A DNA stretch of 64,000 nucleotides from Kudoa neothunni (Eukaryota; Animalia; Cnidaria): positions 8,081,550 through 8,145,549 of the forward strand of contig OZ199838.1 in NCBI GenBank assembly GCA_964304625.1. The letters run 5' to 3'. Under the pieces are notes generated by a model. That model was not told the DNA's origin and ran no database searches. It was given only the letters and a program-made list of their open reading frames with translations. The position numbers were made by a program, and so were the translations under genes. Within the stretch, counting starts at the first letter, position 1. Every line of letters begins with the position of its first letter. Shown here in pieces: positions 26,001-36,717 of the stretch.

Positions 26001-27570
26001 TGAGCTTGATCATCCGCCGATATTTGAGAATGAAGGGAACGAATAACAAGCCTTTGACGTAAGAATAAATAATCGCCTTAAACACCTAAAAAATACTGTT
26101 TGGTTTTGTTCTCAGAATGCAATCTTTCATGTAATGCTTCCACTTCGGGAATTCCAGGTAAAAATACTAAAATAGACGAACGATTCTTGTCGCAATCAAT
26201 CTGATGAGATTTTTCAAATGTATCAATATTAAGAATAATGCTGATGATGAGGGCTTTCATTTGTTCAGAAAAATTAGGTTTTGATGTGCTAACATAGTCG
26301 TTCTAAATGTCCATGTTAGAAGAATCAGTCCGAATTTTTTAATAGCATGTAACTTGTGGTGTATTATTCAGAAACGTAAATTCGCCATCATGAAATGTCG
26401 TCACATTGTAAACACGACCTTGGACATTGATCACAGGTGGTTGCATGACCGAACTTCCAATTCTTGTTGCAAAATAATTTGCGAACAAAGTAACATCGAG
26501 TGTAGCTGACATTAGAATAACCTACAATTGCATACATTATCAAAGTATTTAGGGCGAACGTAAATTTTGAGACGGATTCTCAAATTTACTTTAATATTTT
26601 TGGACTTTTCTTTCATATAACGACTCAATACTAGTAGCAATATGTCAATTTCAACAGTGCGCTCATGTATCTAATTAACCACAGGATCGAATAGAGATTC
26701 CATGCGAAAAATTACCTCGTCAACAATTACATGGGTGTAACAATCAAGCACATCGACTGAATGGGCAATTCTTTCGATAAGTACACCAGTCGTCACGTAA
26801 CATATGCGTGTATCGACACTTGTGTTTTTGTTGTGAGCAACACTGTATCCAACCATCTGTCCAATCGGCCAATTTCTCTCAGCACATACTCGTCTAGCGA
26901 CAGACATGGCTGCTATTCTTCTTGGTTGTGTCACAACAATATTGCAGTGTTCATCTTTTTCACGGTGATAATCTAGGATGTACTGAGGTATTTGGGTGGT
27001 TTTGCCACTTCCAGTAGACCCTAAATTCAAATTATATCACCATTATTATTGTTATTATCCTTAATGGATTACCACACACAATAGTTACAGGACTAGTCTC
27101 TATGGTATTGGTGATGGTTTGGTGCGATTGAAATATAGGCAAGCTTTTATCGTAGCTGTGCTCGAATCCGTATCGATTATACACTTCGGTAGTATACTCG
27201 ATGCCTTTTTCTAAGATATCTTTGTTAAGAAGACCATCTTCCGGATTGTAAAAACAAGAGTGAACACTCCTCTCTTTTACTTGATGGTTATAGGTTTCTT
27301 GTCTAATAAGAATAACTTTAAGAGAAGTTGACATTCATTACATTTTCTCAATTTTTTTCTCTTGTTCTTTATGAATTAACCGTGCTTTGTTTTCTTCCGC
27401 AGCCGCCAAAATGGCGCTATTCATTTTTTTTACAGTTTACAAAATTGTAAACAAAAATATTACTTTTCTTCTTTAGATTTCGATTTAATGGTGTCGTCTT
27501 TTTTATTTAATGGCTGTTCAAATTCAGACGGAAAGAAAAAACTTAAAACTCGTTTGTCCTCCTCGTTCAT
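4842..27570 (-). CDS. TDRD9: TDRD9/spindle-E-like DExH RNA helicase (piRNA pathway), ~25 exons, roughly 1070 aa, apparently without a Tudor domain
   Basis: ATG at 27570. Helicase motifs: GSTGSGKTTQIPQYILD, VVTQPRRIAA, DE|IHER, ILMSAT, VFLPG, STNVAESSITVPDI, QRQG|RAGR. TDRD9-specific blocks: DGDLTFLGIVLSNLPIDVRLGK, LAGAFYPYYF, GPYSPLEL, LIFSP..EYRID....ITGAICGLG, DVEIYF. The last exon (5004-4842, IFEKVR..YCWNVLP..L*) joins the donor at 18539 in phase 2 (QELI-S-IFEK). Confidence 0.9.
5567..7359 (+). mobile_element. Tigger/pogo transposon with decayed transposase, inside the TDRD9 intron
   Basis: TA-CAGTCGTGACTCGACACTGCGTAA at left pairs with TTACGCAATATCGAAACATTACTG-TA at right. ORFs carry LHGEAGS, NLDETGLYY, LLDQCPSH and QPMDLGII. 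Confidence 0.9.
8381..11424 (+). mobile_element. piggyBac transposon with decayed transposase, inside the TDRD9 intron
   Basis: Flanked by TTAA (8377-80 and 11425-28). The palindromic subterminal motif GGGGTGCATTATGCACCCC occurs at both ends. ORF fragments carry IDDRMVGFRGKCPF, IDNFFTS, YNQTKGGVD, RRWP and a C-terminal Cys-rich domain. Confidence 0.92.
11892..11953. repeat. 62-nt near-perfect hairpin
   Basis: CTATATTTAACTATTTCTG (11892-11910) is the exact reverse complement of 11935-11953. After one mismatch the stem extends by CTC/GAG around a 16-nt loop. Confidence 0.9.
12510..15662 (-). mobile_element. hAT-like relic that contains the Tigger at 13156
   Basis: Inverted termini CAGCGTTACCAACC and GGTAGGCAACGCTG with subterminal TCGGACAA repeats. 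ORF 12677-12904 has the hAT dimerisation motif NASSERAFSLLK. The 8-bp TSD is not preserved. Confidence 0.65.
13156..15215 (+). mobile_element. Tigger/pogo transposon (decayed, intron-containing transposase)
   Basis: TA-CAGTGCAACATCGCCCGTGCGTAA pairs with TTACGTACGAGCGATGCTGCACTG-TA. ORF 14032-14523 has GEKLPP, WMT, FIDNFPAY and QPLDQGII. A 41-bp intron lies at 13971-14011. Confidence 0.92.
15958..18505 (+). mobile_element. Merlin (IS1016/ISXO2-like) DNA transposon, decayed
   Basis: Perfect 8-bp TSD TAAATATT (15950-57 and 18506-13). The ~55-bp TIRs share TACCGGCTACCAAAATT..G.ATGATGTCGTGACTTTTTTCG. Transposase motifs: GGEGYVIETDESLLHCKRK (~16807-16865) and HSNTIEYCWSRLK. Confidence 0.9.
17039..17080. 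repeat. (AT)n microsatellite inside the Merlin element
   Basis: The AT dinucleotide run is read directly from the sequence. Confidence 0.95.
21045..22755 (-). mobile_element. Internally deleted Charlie/SPIN-type hAT element in the second large TDRD9 intron
   Basis: The terminus CAGTGTTGGACAAGTGAGGCCCGCGG (- strand at 22755) and both flanks match the MITE at 40506-41231 in reverse orientation. It keeps a GTF2IRD2/SPIN-like N-terminal remnant, KRTLIDENRSFNYDWTQKYF (~22060-22000). Confidence 0.75.
24230..24960 (+). mobile_element. Old piggyBac transposase remnant
   Basis: HYNATKGAVDNM at ~24563-24600 and MIGISFINAFALF downstream. The ends could not be resolved. Confidence 0.55.
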
Positions 27571-29137
27571 TTTTAAACCCCTCGCGCAAACCCGCATGAC
27601 GTGTTGAAGATTAACTATTTAAAAAGACACAATTGTTATTTTCATCATATTATCCAGAGCTAAAAACTCAAACATAATTAAAATACCTGTAAGATTAATT
27701 TTGGACTTTAAATCTATTTGCGATAATAGTAAAGGAGACGGCTACTTGGTTTTAACCTCTAAACTTCACCTATTTTCGCCGATTCTTTTGCGATAACTTT
27801 TTTACAATTATAGATGTTGGGCAAGATCATTTAATTCTCCAAACATTTAATTATAAATTTTAAGAAACATCCGGATTAATCCTCTAGTTGTGTTACTTAA
27901 GTCTATATCAGTGCTTCCCCATTCATTTTAGTTTCGGGACACCCTACTACTTATGAGGACAACTCCACACCCCTTCTCAAAAAAGAGATATAACATGGAT
28001 TTATGTTTAGGCGGGGAAAATATTTTTATTACAATAACATTAAAAAGAAAAAACCGTCTATTTTAACATGAAAACAAATGTGAATGAAATAAATAAAACA
28101 GACAATAAATTAAATGTTTATGATATTTTTCTTGTCCTTTTTGAAGAATAATGGGGTCAAAATGGGAATCTTTATCAGATGAAGTTATGACTAAATCATA
28201 ATTCGTAAAGGTACAAGATATGTTGATGTTTTAGTGCAAAATAACGGACGTGAATAGTTGAGCTTCCGCGAAATTTTGGATTACGTAGTTTTGTTGTTTC
28301 ATTAGAAATTTAAAAATTTAATGAGGAAATTAAATATGTGACCCAATTTCGAATGCATAGTTTTAATTTATAAGCTTTTTGAGTGCAAACTGACTTTTAT
28401 TTAAAGTATAAAAATTTTAAATAATTTAACAACAAAATCTAAATAACGTAACCATGACACTAATTAAAATTTAATTCTTACTTGCAATGTAATTTAACTA
28501 AAAATAATAAATAATATAATTTTTAATAATTCATCCATTTTAAAACTTTTTATATGTCGTTTATCTTTCCCTTTAAAACGTAAGACCAGCTTACAGCACA
28601 TGTGTCCATCGTTCGCAATATTTCGTCTTCATTCGGTATATGAGCGTTGGCTATTCCGAAAAACGCGGAATTTTGATTTTTAGGCAATTGATAGAATCGC
28701 AATTTTAGATTATGGCTATTTTCGTGATAACCAACAATATATAATTAATTTTTGTAGAAAATTTAGATCGTATAAGTCTAAATCGATCATGTAATTGCGA
28801 TGGTAAATTAAAATTGATATCTCGAAGCGATATAAATGACAAATATCAATTAAAATGCAATCATTGAAAAAAACGGATGCCTATAAGATACGGAACAATT
28901 TTAGAACTCTCAAAACTTCCTTTATGGAAGTTATTTCTGTCGGTAGTTATAGTTCTTCAACATCCAACCACGACTTATGGAGATTTAGCGAGTCATTCGG
29001 ACATTTATTCATATACTACGATTTCCGAATGAAAAACAATAGTCAAGGACATCACTTTTTTAATGTTGAATGAAGGGTTTTCCAAAATTGGTGGGAACGG
29101 TGTTGTTATTCAAATAGACGAAATTGCCATATGTAAA

Positions 29138-32100
29138 TGTTAAGAGTGCTGATAAAAGAGACTATATTTCAAACAAACGCACTACTATCGATAACTAACT
29201 GGTCGTTGTTGCCGCGCGTGCGCCACACACATAACACCTCTCCCGCCTTTAATGAGGAGTCCCATGCTTTTGGCGGTCTTCTAATTCTTGTGCTTCTTCT
29301 AAGAGCCTGTTCGGATTCCACATTATTTGGAGGTGAAGGGTTATCGTTTATCACCTTTTCGGTCTCTACGGGTTGCCTTTTATTAATGTCCATTGTCCAA
29401 TAGAGTTCTCTGTTTTCCCCGTCGGTAGAGAACGGAATGCCCATCTTCGACCCTCTCAATTGGTCAACATGCTTCTTTACCACACCACCAATATCCAACA
29501 TTACCAAGTAATTCACATGACCAACTTTCTTAATTATTTCACCATTCTCCCATTTACATCCTCCCGATTTCTTGAAATTTTGAGCCAATACTCTATCATG
29601 TATTTCGAATGTTCTAGTACCGTTAATCGGACTATTTTCAAAGACTTCACTATTCGTGGTCTCTGATAGTCTTGTCCATAAATTGTGTGGTTTATAAGAC
29701 AATAATTTGGACACTGGTAACTCATTTGTTGTAGAGTGAGGAGTGTTTCTATACACCATCAAAAATTGGTTTAGGTTCTTTTCCAAATCATCTTCTCTGC
29801 TTTCATGTAATGCCTTTTTTAGTGTTTGTACAAATCTTTCTACTTGGCCGTTACTTGACGGGTGATACGGCGCTATTCTCACATGACGGATTCCATTACT
29901 TATCACGAAGCGATCAAATTCCTTGGAGATAAATTGTGGACCATTATCCGAAACGATAGTTTTCGCCAAACCAAATCTCGCCATCACTTCTCTCAACTTC
30001 TCCACAGTACGTTTACCGCAGAAGCTTTCATCGATAAACACTTCCGGCCACTTCGAATATGCATCAACGACTATGAACAACATTTTTCCCTTGAAGGGCC
30101 CGGCAAAATCTATATGAATTCGCTCCATCGGCCTTTGAGGTGGAAGCCATGGGTGGTCCGGCGCTTTCTTTGGTTTGTTTAATTTTTGTGTCATGCAGTA
30201 ATTACAATTTTTGATGAAGTCATTGATGTCGTTGTCGACAGTGGGCCACCAAACATATAGTCTGGCCAAAGCCTTGGTTTTTTCGACTCCCAGGTGGGAT
30301 ACGTGTAGCATTTTTAACACCTTCCTTTGTAATCCTTTAGGTATTATCATTCTCTCCCTATAGTAGAGTCTCTCGTCGTGAATTGAGATATGATCAAGCT
30401 TTGGCAGGTAAAACTGAATCAATTGTTTATTGTTTCCACATTCAAGCACGCTTCGGTCCTTTAGGACTCTTTTCAACGTGACCATTTCAGTTTCTTCCCC
30501 CATTAACCTTTCAAGCTCTGAGATAGGTATCAAAAAATTTTCCGACACATCTATAAAGTCAATATCGGCGTCCATTTCTCCAAAGTTTGCTGATTCCATA
30601 TTCGTGGATGGCAGCCGCGATAGGCCATCAGCTATAACGTTAACACTTCCCTTCTTGTATACAATTTCGTAATCAAATCCAGTAAGATAAATTTTCCATC
30701 GGATTCTTCTTGGCGATGTGTCATTAATACCTTTCACACTATCAAACATATAAACCAACGGCTTGTGGTCTGTAAAAATTTTGAAGTGCTTTCCTTCTAG
30801 ATATTGTTGAAATTTCTTGACGCAATACACCAAGGCCAAACCTTCTTTATCTACTGCAGAATAATTTTTTCCATTCTTAGTCAATGTTCTAGAGGCGTAC
30901 GCTATTGGTATATCATATCCACGCTCATCCTTATGTGCCAAGTAGCCTCCAATTCCATTATTCGAAGCGTCCGATGTGACAACGAGTGGCAGATCTGGAT
31001 TGAAATGGCCTAACATTCTCTTATTAGTAATAAGACGTTTAGCTTCTTCAAATGTTTTTGTATGTAACGTTTGCCAATTCCATTGTCTGTTCTTTTGCAG
31101 CATTTCAGTTAGAGGATAAATTACCTCAGCCATTTTTGGGCAAAATCTTCTATAGTAATTGAATAGGCCACATATTGAACGGAGTTGGGATATATTGGTA
31201 GGTTTAGGAGCATCTAATATCGCCGAAATTTTTGATTTCGAATGGGTGAACCCCTCTTTAGTTATCACCACTCCGCAATATTCTATTTCTTTTCTGAAAA
31301 AGGTGCACTTATCTCTGTTTGCTTTTAAGCCATGTTTTCGAATCAATCGTAGGACAATATCCAAATTTCTCAAATACTCTTTATCGTTCTTTCCTGTGAC
31401 GATAATGTCATCTAGATAGCATTTAATTCCAGGCAATGATCCAAATATGTGATCCATCGCTTTTTGCCATAGAGCCGGAGCGGAATTTATCCCAAACGAT
31501 AATCTCTTGAATCTTTTAAGGCCCGCATGTGTGTTAACTGTAAACAAATCTAGAAATTTATCATCAATCAGCATTTGATTGTAGGCTTTTTCAAGATCAA
31601 TTGTCGAGAATTTTTCTCCACCACACAAGGATGCCAGAATTTCCTCTATTCGAGGTAGTGGATACTCATACTTCTCTATAGCGCCATTCACTGCCACCGA
31701 ATAGTCCCCACAAATGCGTAGCTTTCCTGATTTCTTCACAACCGGAACTATTGGTGATTCCCATTTACTATATTGCACCGATTCAATAATTCCTTCCTCT
31801 TCCAATTTCAGGAGTTCTTCTTCCACCATCTTTTTCTTGAATAGCGATAATGGACGTGGTTTGCAAAATTTAGGGATAACATTGGGTTTCACTTCAAATT
31901 CAGCTTTGTAATCCTTTAAACATCCCAAACTTCCATTAAAAATATCGCGATAATTGTTTAATAGCTCCTCTAAATTTGAGTACGCTCTATTCGCAACGTT
32001 TGTTGTAGTTTCGTCTTGCCACTGTAATTGAATTGATTTGATATTTTTAGGTGCTACTGAGTGATCTTGAACGATTAGTAATACTTCCGTTGGTGGCCAT

Positions 32101-33285
32101 TTGCTAATAAAATGTTTGATCCAACTCCTACCAATTACTGGTCTCACTGCAGTCTCCGTCACAAACAATTCGCCCTTAAATTCCGTATCACTGGTTGTAA
32201 CTTTAACAATACACTTCCCCAATACAGGAATGCGGCTTCCGTTAAACGCTTTGAATGTGTCTCCACATTTCCGTAGTTTAAGATCAGTCTTATTGTATGT
32301 ATCAAAACCAATTATAGATGCTGCAGCACCAGTATCAATTTCCATGGGTATTATTGATTTGTTAAACTTTACATGCGCAAAGAAAGGAGGGCAATAATTA
32401 ATCAAATTGATATTATCATCATAATTTATCGAGTTCAAATCACCTTGAGTAGTATCTTCCTGGGTTTGAATACAGTTAATTTTCTTCTGCTTGCACATTC
32501 TAGACGAGTGTCCCATTTTTTTGCAAGTGAAACAATTTTTATCAGCAAAATAGCATCTACTCTCCGGATGATTGCTCTTGCCACATCTTCGGCATTTCTT
32601 ATATCCTTTTGACACTACATTCGCCATCAGGTCCTGGTTGCAGCTTTTCACGTTGACTATGTCATGAGAGCTTTCCATTGTTGCTTCCATAGCAATAGCA
32701 ATCTCTTGGGTTCTTTCCCAGGTTAAGTTCTCACCCTCAGACAGTAACCTATCTTGAATAGGTTTGAATTTAGGCGCCAGTCCACACACAAGTTTATCTC
32801 TCAGGGCATCGCGTAAAAATTGACCGAATTTGCAATCTTTAGCCTCTCTTCTCAAGCGTAAGGTGAATTCTCGTATAGACTCTTCCTCTCTCTGCTGGCT
32901 TTTATTGAACTTGAACCTTTCCACAATGGAGTTAGTTTTATGTTTGAAATGTTCGTTCAATGCATTCATAATCTCCTCCAGTGTAACTTCATCCAGTACT
33001 CTAGGTTGGATCAGGTTGCTCAGCAGTTCGACTGTTTCATTTCCAGCCACCGCAACAAATGCTGCTTTTGCCACCGAGGGTTTAATGTCATGAGCCACCA
33101 GCAACGCGTTAAACCTCTGTTGGTAAATTTCCCATGATTCACCTTGTTTATACTCTCCAAAATTATTGAACATACTCGCCGCCAATTGTTAAGAGTGCTG
33201 ATAAAAGAGACTATATTTCAAACAAACGCACTACTATCGATAACTAACTAGTCGTTGTTGTCGCGCGTGCGCCACACACATAACA
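29138..33285 (-). mobile_element. Intact Ty3/Gypsy (Mag-like) LTR retrotransposon, 4148 bp
   Basis: TG...CA LTRs of 99 bp (29138-29236, 33187-33285) with 2 mismatches. 5-bp TSD GTAAA. PBS-like TGGCGGCGAG follows the 5' LTR, and PPT AAAGGCGGGAGAGG precedes the 3' LTR. Confidence 0.97.
29169..33173 (-). CDS. Single uninterrupted Gag-Pol polyprotein (~1334 aa)
   Basis: Two CCHC knuckles, protease DTG, RT YLDD, RNase H (SDAS..G, TDHKPL) and integrase (HHCC, HIDFAGP, SDNGPQF, GQVER) in Gypsy order. First ATG at 33173. The stop codon lies inside the 3' LTR. Confidence 0.97.
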   Translation of the reverse strand: MFNNFGEYKQGESWEIYQQRFNALLVAHDIKPSVAKAAFVAVAGNETVELLSNLIQPRVLDEVTLEEIMNALNEHFKHKTNSIVERFKFNKSQQREEESIREFTLRLRREAKDCKFGQFLRDALRDKLVCGLAPKFKPIQDRLLSEGENLTWERTQEIAIAMEATMESSHDIVNVKSCNQDLMANVVSKGYKKCRRCGKSNHPESRCYFADKNCFTCKKMGHSSRMCKQKKINCIQTQEDTTQGDLNSINYDDNINLINYCPPFFAHVKFNKSIIPMEIDTGAAASIIGFDTYNKTDLKLRKCGDTFKAFNGSRIPVLGKCIVKVTTSDTEFKGELFVTETAVRPVIGRSWIKHFISKWPPTEVLLIVQDHSVAPKNIKSIQLQWQDETTTNVANRAYSNLEELLNNYRDIFNGSLGCLKDYKAEFEVKPNVIPKFCKPRPLSLFKKKMVEEELLKLEEEGIIESVQYSKWESPIVPVVKKSGKLRICGDYSVAVNGAIEKYEYPLPRIEEILASLCGGEKFSTIDLEKAYNQMLIDDKFLDLFTVNTHAGLKRFKRLSFGINSAPALWQKAMDHIFGSLPGIKCYLDDIIVTGKNDKEYLRNLDIVLRLIRKHGLKANRDKCTFFRKEIEYCGVVITKEGFTHSKSKISAILDAPKPTNISQLRSICGLFNYYRRFCPKMAEVIYPLTEMLQKNRQWNWQTLHTKTFEEAKRLITNKRMLGHFNPDLPLVVTSDASNNGIGGYLAHKDERGYDIPIAYASRTLTKNGKNYSAVDKEGLALVYCVKKFQQYLEGKHFKIFTDHKPLVYMFDSVKGINDTSPRRIRWKIYLTGFDYEIVYKKGSVNVIADGLSRLPSTNMESANFGEMDADIDFIDVSENFLIPISELERLMGEETEMVTLKRVLKDRSVLECGNNKQLIQFYLPKLDHISIHDERLYYRERMIIPKGLQRKVLKMLHVSHLGVEKTKALARLYVWWPTVDNDINDFIKNCNYCMTQKLNKPKKAPDHPWLPPQRPMERIHIDFAGPFKGKMLFIVVDAYSKWPEVFIDESFCGKRTVEKLREVMARFGLAKTIVSDNGPQFISKEFDRFVISNGIRHVRIAPYHPSSNGQVERFVQTLKKALHESREDDLEKNLNQFLMVYRNTPHSTTNELPVSKLLSYKPHNLWTRLSETTNSEVFENSPINGTRTFEIHDRVLAQNFKKSGGCKWENGEIIKKVGHVNYLVMLDIGGVVKKHVDQLRGSKMGIPFSTDGENRELYWTMDINKRQPVETEKVINDNPSPPNNVESEQALRRSTRIRRPPKAWDSSLKAGEVLCVWRTRGNNDQLVIDSSAFV

Positions 33286-33839
33286 GTAAAAGAAAACATG
33301 ATGTTGGTCGAATCCTGAAAAATCAACAATTTTGGATGACTGGAGGAGTAGATGAAAATGGTAACTGTTTTCTTAAATTTTCACGATATCGAAATACAGT
33401 AAGGTCTCGATATTGTGCACTAAATGGGGACATGAGCTTTTACTGCCCAAAAAGAAATCGCTGCCGAATATCAACGTTACGCGCGTGCGCCGCTAGTTTA
33501 ATTTTTTATTTTTAACGAAAAAATGATCTACCTCATTTTTATCATTAAATCAAAAATGTGAAATGCATCGATCTAATAATATACGGTCTTTTCTTCATCT
33601 TCCGCGAACTTTAGATCAAGAGTTTTCAAAATGTCAAAAGATAGTTGAAGACATCCAACCATTTTTTGATCGTTAATATTTAACAGAAAATTCATAAACT
33701 CCTTTAAAACAGGGTGTTTCTTTAAATTTACCAATGACACTATGTGGAAATTTTATCCCTATAAATTAAGCGCTCTATAATTCTATTACAGGTTTTTTGA
33801 TTGTTTCATTTCTATTTAATTCAACTTCCCTATATCATA

Positions 33840-34548
33840 CTAGCGCAAAAGCCCCGCTTCGCATGGGCTTCCTTGCCTGGCCACGCAGACTAAAGCCTTG
33901 AGTAGGTCATGGTCATTTGAAGTTCAAAGTAAATTAAGAGTATTTAGATCAATAGTACAAAGAATACCCGATTAGCGGATGATTTATTTAACTAATTTGG
34001 CGCATGAACCTTATTTAATATTTTTAAAGCCGAATAAACACTACTGAGCGTTTAAATTTCCTATTTAGAGCTCCTAAAGTATCGATTTTCTCCTTGTTGT
34101 TTGCGGTAATCTCTAAATCATACCATACCATACCTTATGAATTGGACTAATCTTGTTAAACATCAACAAATGAATTTGATATTAATGCTTGGATACATAA
34201 CCTAATATTACCTTTCTTATGTGGACTATTTCAATTATTAAATTACATTTCAATAATTTTAAAGTAAAATAAACACTATGGTACGTTTACAATTAACTTT
34301 GAAAACTTTAACAAAATGATCTATATGTTTGCATAAATCCTCAAATCAACCAATCATACCACGTGAAAACGTTTTTAATGATTTTGCAGGATGCAAACCT
34401 TTTATAATTTTTTACATATTTTATGTGTTGAAATAAAATTTTATCTTTCCATATGTATGCTCAAATGGAGCGATATGTCTCTCAATAAAGAATGAAAAAT
34501 GCGTACACACTGACACGGATTACCGGTTTGCTATATATAGTGGATAGA
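33840..34548 (-). mobile_element. Non-autonomous Helitron
   Basis: On the - strand it begins A|TCTATCCACTATATATAGC and ends with the hairpin GCCC..GCGAAGCGGGGC followed by CTAG|T, i.e. an A-T insertion site with no TSD. Confidence 0.7.
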
Positions 34549-34680
34549 TTTCTAAATAACTAACATATCATTACCAGTATTTTTTGGTTATTTATGTTAA
34601 CGTCGATTTTTGAGTCGTACGGCAAACTATTGCCTCTGGAGAAAGTTTGCCGGAATCTGTTAAATGCGCAAGTGTCATGT

Positions 34681-35987
34681 TCTATTATATCAGTGCTTCC
34701 CAACTAAAACTGGACTCGCACCCCTATTTTTTGACAAATCGAAATTCGCATCCCTTTTCATAAGATAAGGTGTAACTGACTTAAAATTTATTTTCAATTT
34801 TGACCGGATCTCGCACCACCTGAAACCAAAGTTCGCACCCCTTAAGGTGCGGGCACCCCCAGTTGGGAACCCCTATACTATATGTAAAGCTGAAGTGTCC
34901 GAGTGTGTGTCAGCAAATACGCATGTGCGTCTAATTTTTTTCCTTATAGAGAGACATATATGAAATTTTATAAGAATAACAACGTGTCAACAAATTTTTA
35001 AATAGTTTTCACACTACCAAATGTTCCCTAAGGTGTTTAGAAAATGGTGATTTGTCGTTTCAAAGTTTGTTTATCGGATTACTTGAGTTTAACGATAAGA
35101 TTAACGCCTGCTTATGACCTACTGATGGCTGGTTGATGTTGATTAACTGTCGCCATCTAACTTTTTATATAATATTGGCGTGTATATTTGGGTGTTTGCA
35201 CAAATTCACTCCTTATTTGTGGGGTTTTAACGTATTTGATTTGATAAGCGTATTTTGAAGTTTCTACTACTGGATTTAGATGCAACAAAAAGTCAATATT
35301 TGTTTCATTAATAACGAGTTGATAATGCATGTTGTAATAAGATAGATTGATTCATTGTAATGCAAGTACTGTGTTCATAGATTACATTGAAATCGTCCAC
35401 CAAGTCTAACTTTCCGTGATTAAATTAAATGCAGATGGCTGTACTTTTTTCGGCCAATTATTTAAATTGTTTATGTTGGCGCGGTTTGTGGCTGTTTATG
35501 GGAAAAAGTGCGTTAAGCTTTTGCCGAGTCAAAGGATAATAATTTGAGAAATACGAACTTATTTTCTTCTGTCTCCATATCTTTTTCTATTTATTTGTCT
35601 CCGGTAAACAGTGTTGCACAAAATTTCTGAGCCTGGCCAGAATTCGACGTTGAAAAATCCAAGGATCACAAAATGACGTTTTAAAGAACACTTTAAGGGC
35701 ATTTAAATAATTCGGAAATACAAAAAAATACGACACTGACAATAGATTATTTAACGTTGGTGCCGGGAAACGAAATTTTTAAATGGACGCCAGGATTGAT
35801 ACCTTCCTTCAGAGAAATGATCATAATTTAAATTGCATATTCACAGTCGTTAAAATATAATGCTTAAGAAAATGTTTAGTTTGATTAAATCTATTGGTTA
35901 ATTTGAAATATTAATATCTTTTTCGAATGCTATTAAGAAGTTTTTCAGTGCTTATTACTCCCAAACAACGCTGGGCAGTTCCGCTAG
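34681..35987 (+). mobile_element. Non-autonomous Helitron, interrupted near its 5' end by a hAT MITE
   Basis: With the MITE removed the 5' end reads TCTA(C/T)TATATGTAAAGCTGAAGTGTCCGAGTGTGTGTC. The 3' end has the hairpin CCCAAACAACGCTGGG followed by CTAG|T at 35984-35988. Confidence 0.65.
34691..34875. mobile_element. 185-bp hAT MITE
   Basis: TIRs CAGTGCTTCCCAACT and AGTTGGGAACCCCTA. 8-bp TSD TATTATAT/TACTATAT. Both halves match the ends of the 47396-58716 hAT element. Confidence 0.85.
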
Positions 35988-36717
35988 TTATTATAAAAAC
36001 ACGTACTTAAGCAACATATATAATTACCGCACAAACCGTAAACTATAAAATTTAGAATTTTTAAACTTATTGTTGTTTCCAATTATACGTCCTCGCCATG
36101 CGTCTAAATACAATATGTCATAGTGTATCTATCTACTACAGTATGCAGCCGATATTACGCACTTCCATCGATACGACGTAATCAAAATTTATATCAGGTG
36201 AGACGTTTTGTACTATTATTGTGATTGTAACAAGATAAAAGTCTTAAAAATATTTTTGAATTAAACTAGGAAATTTCCATCTGTCGTATCACGTGACTAA
36301 CAGACGATACGCACTTTTTCGATCAAACCACGTAGATTAAATTGTTTTGCTGGAAACGAGGGAAAAATTTTAATTCTGACGGTTGAATTTTTGAACGAAG
36401 GGAAAAAGTTTTTTAGATTTCTATCAAAAAAATGATCGTTTTCATAAAAATTAAATTAGAATAAATTTTATTTCAAGACAATGCTAGTTTCTAATTATAG
36501 AATGTTATAGATGCACATAAATAAAGATTTTTTGGTAAAAATATAAAAAAAAATTCATATTGCGCTAAAAAGTGAAGAAGGTATAAAATAGTATTTATAA
36601 TTTTTTAGAACTGACCATTCACTAAATTTTATCCCAGTGTAAAAGAATATAAATATTTTATCAATAAATATGATTAAAATAAAAATTGAAAATTATTTTG
36701 CGGCCAAATAATCTTAA

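Larger units (their letters stand above)
28855..33395 (+). mobile_element. Merlin-like transposase relic split by the Gypsy insertion
   Basis: Removing the LTR element and one TSD restores KIGGNGVVIQIDEIAICK-RKHDVGRILKNQQFWMTGGVDENGNCFLKF, the Merlin/ISXO2 DE..KRK..GR...WV.GG motif. Confidence 0.8.

Noticed and set aside
27575-27610. E2F-like and CRE-like motifs upstream of the TDRD9 ATG
   Set aside because: Short motifs with no TSS or conservation evidence.
29373-33137. Many + strand ORFs inside the Gypsy element
   Set aside because: These are antisense shadows of the long Gag-Pol ORF with no recognisable motifs.
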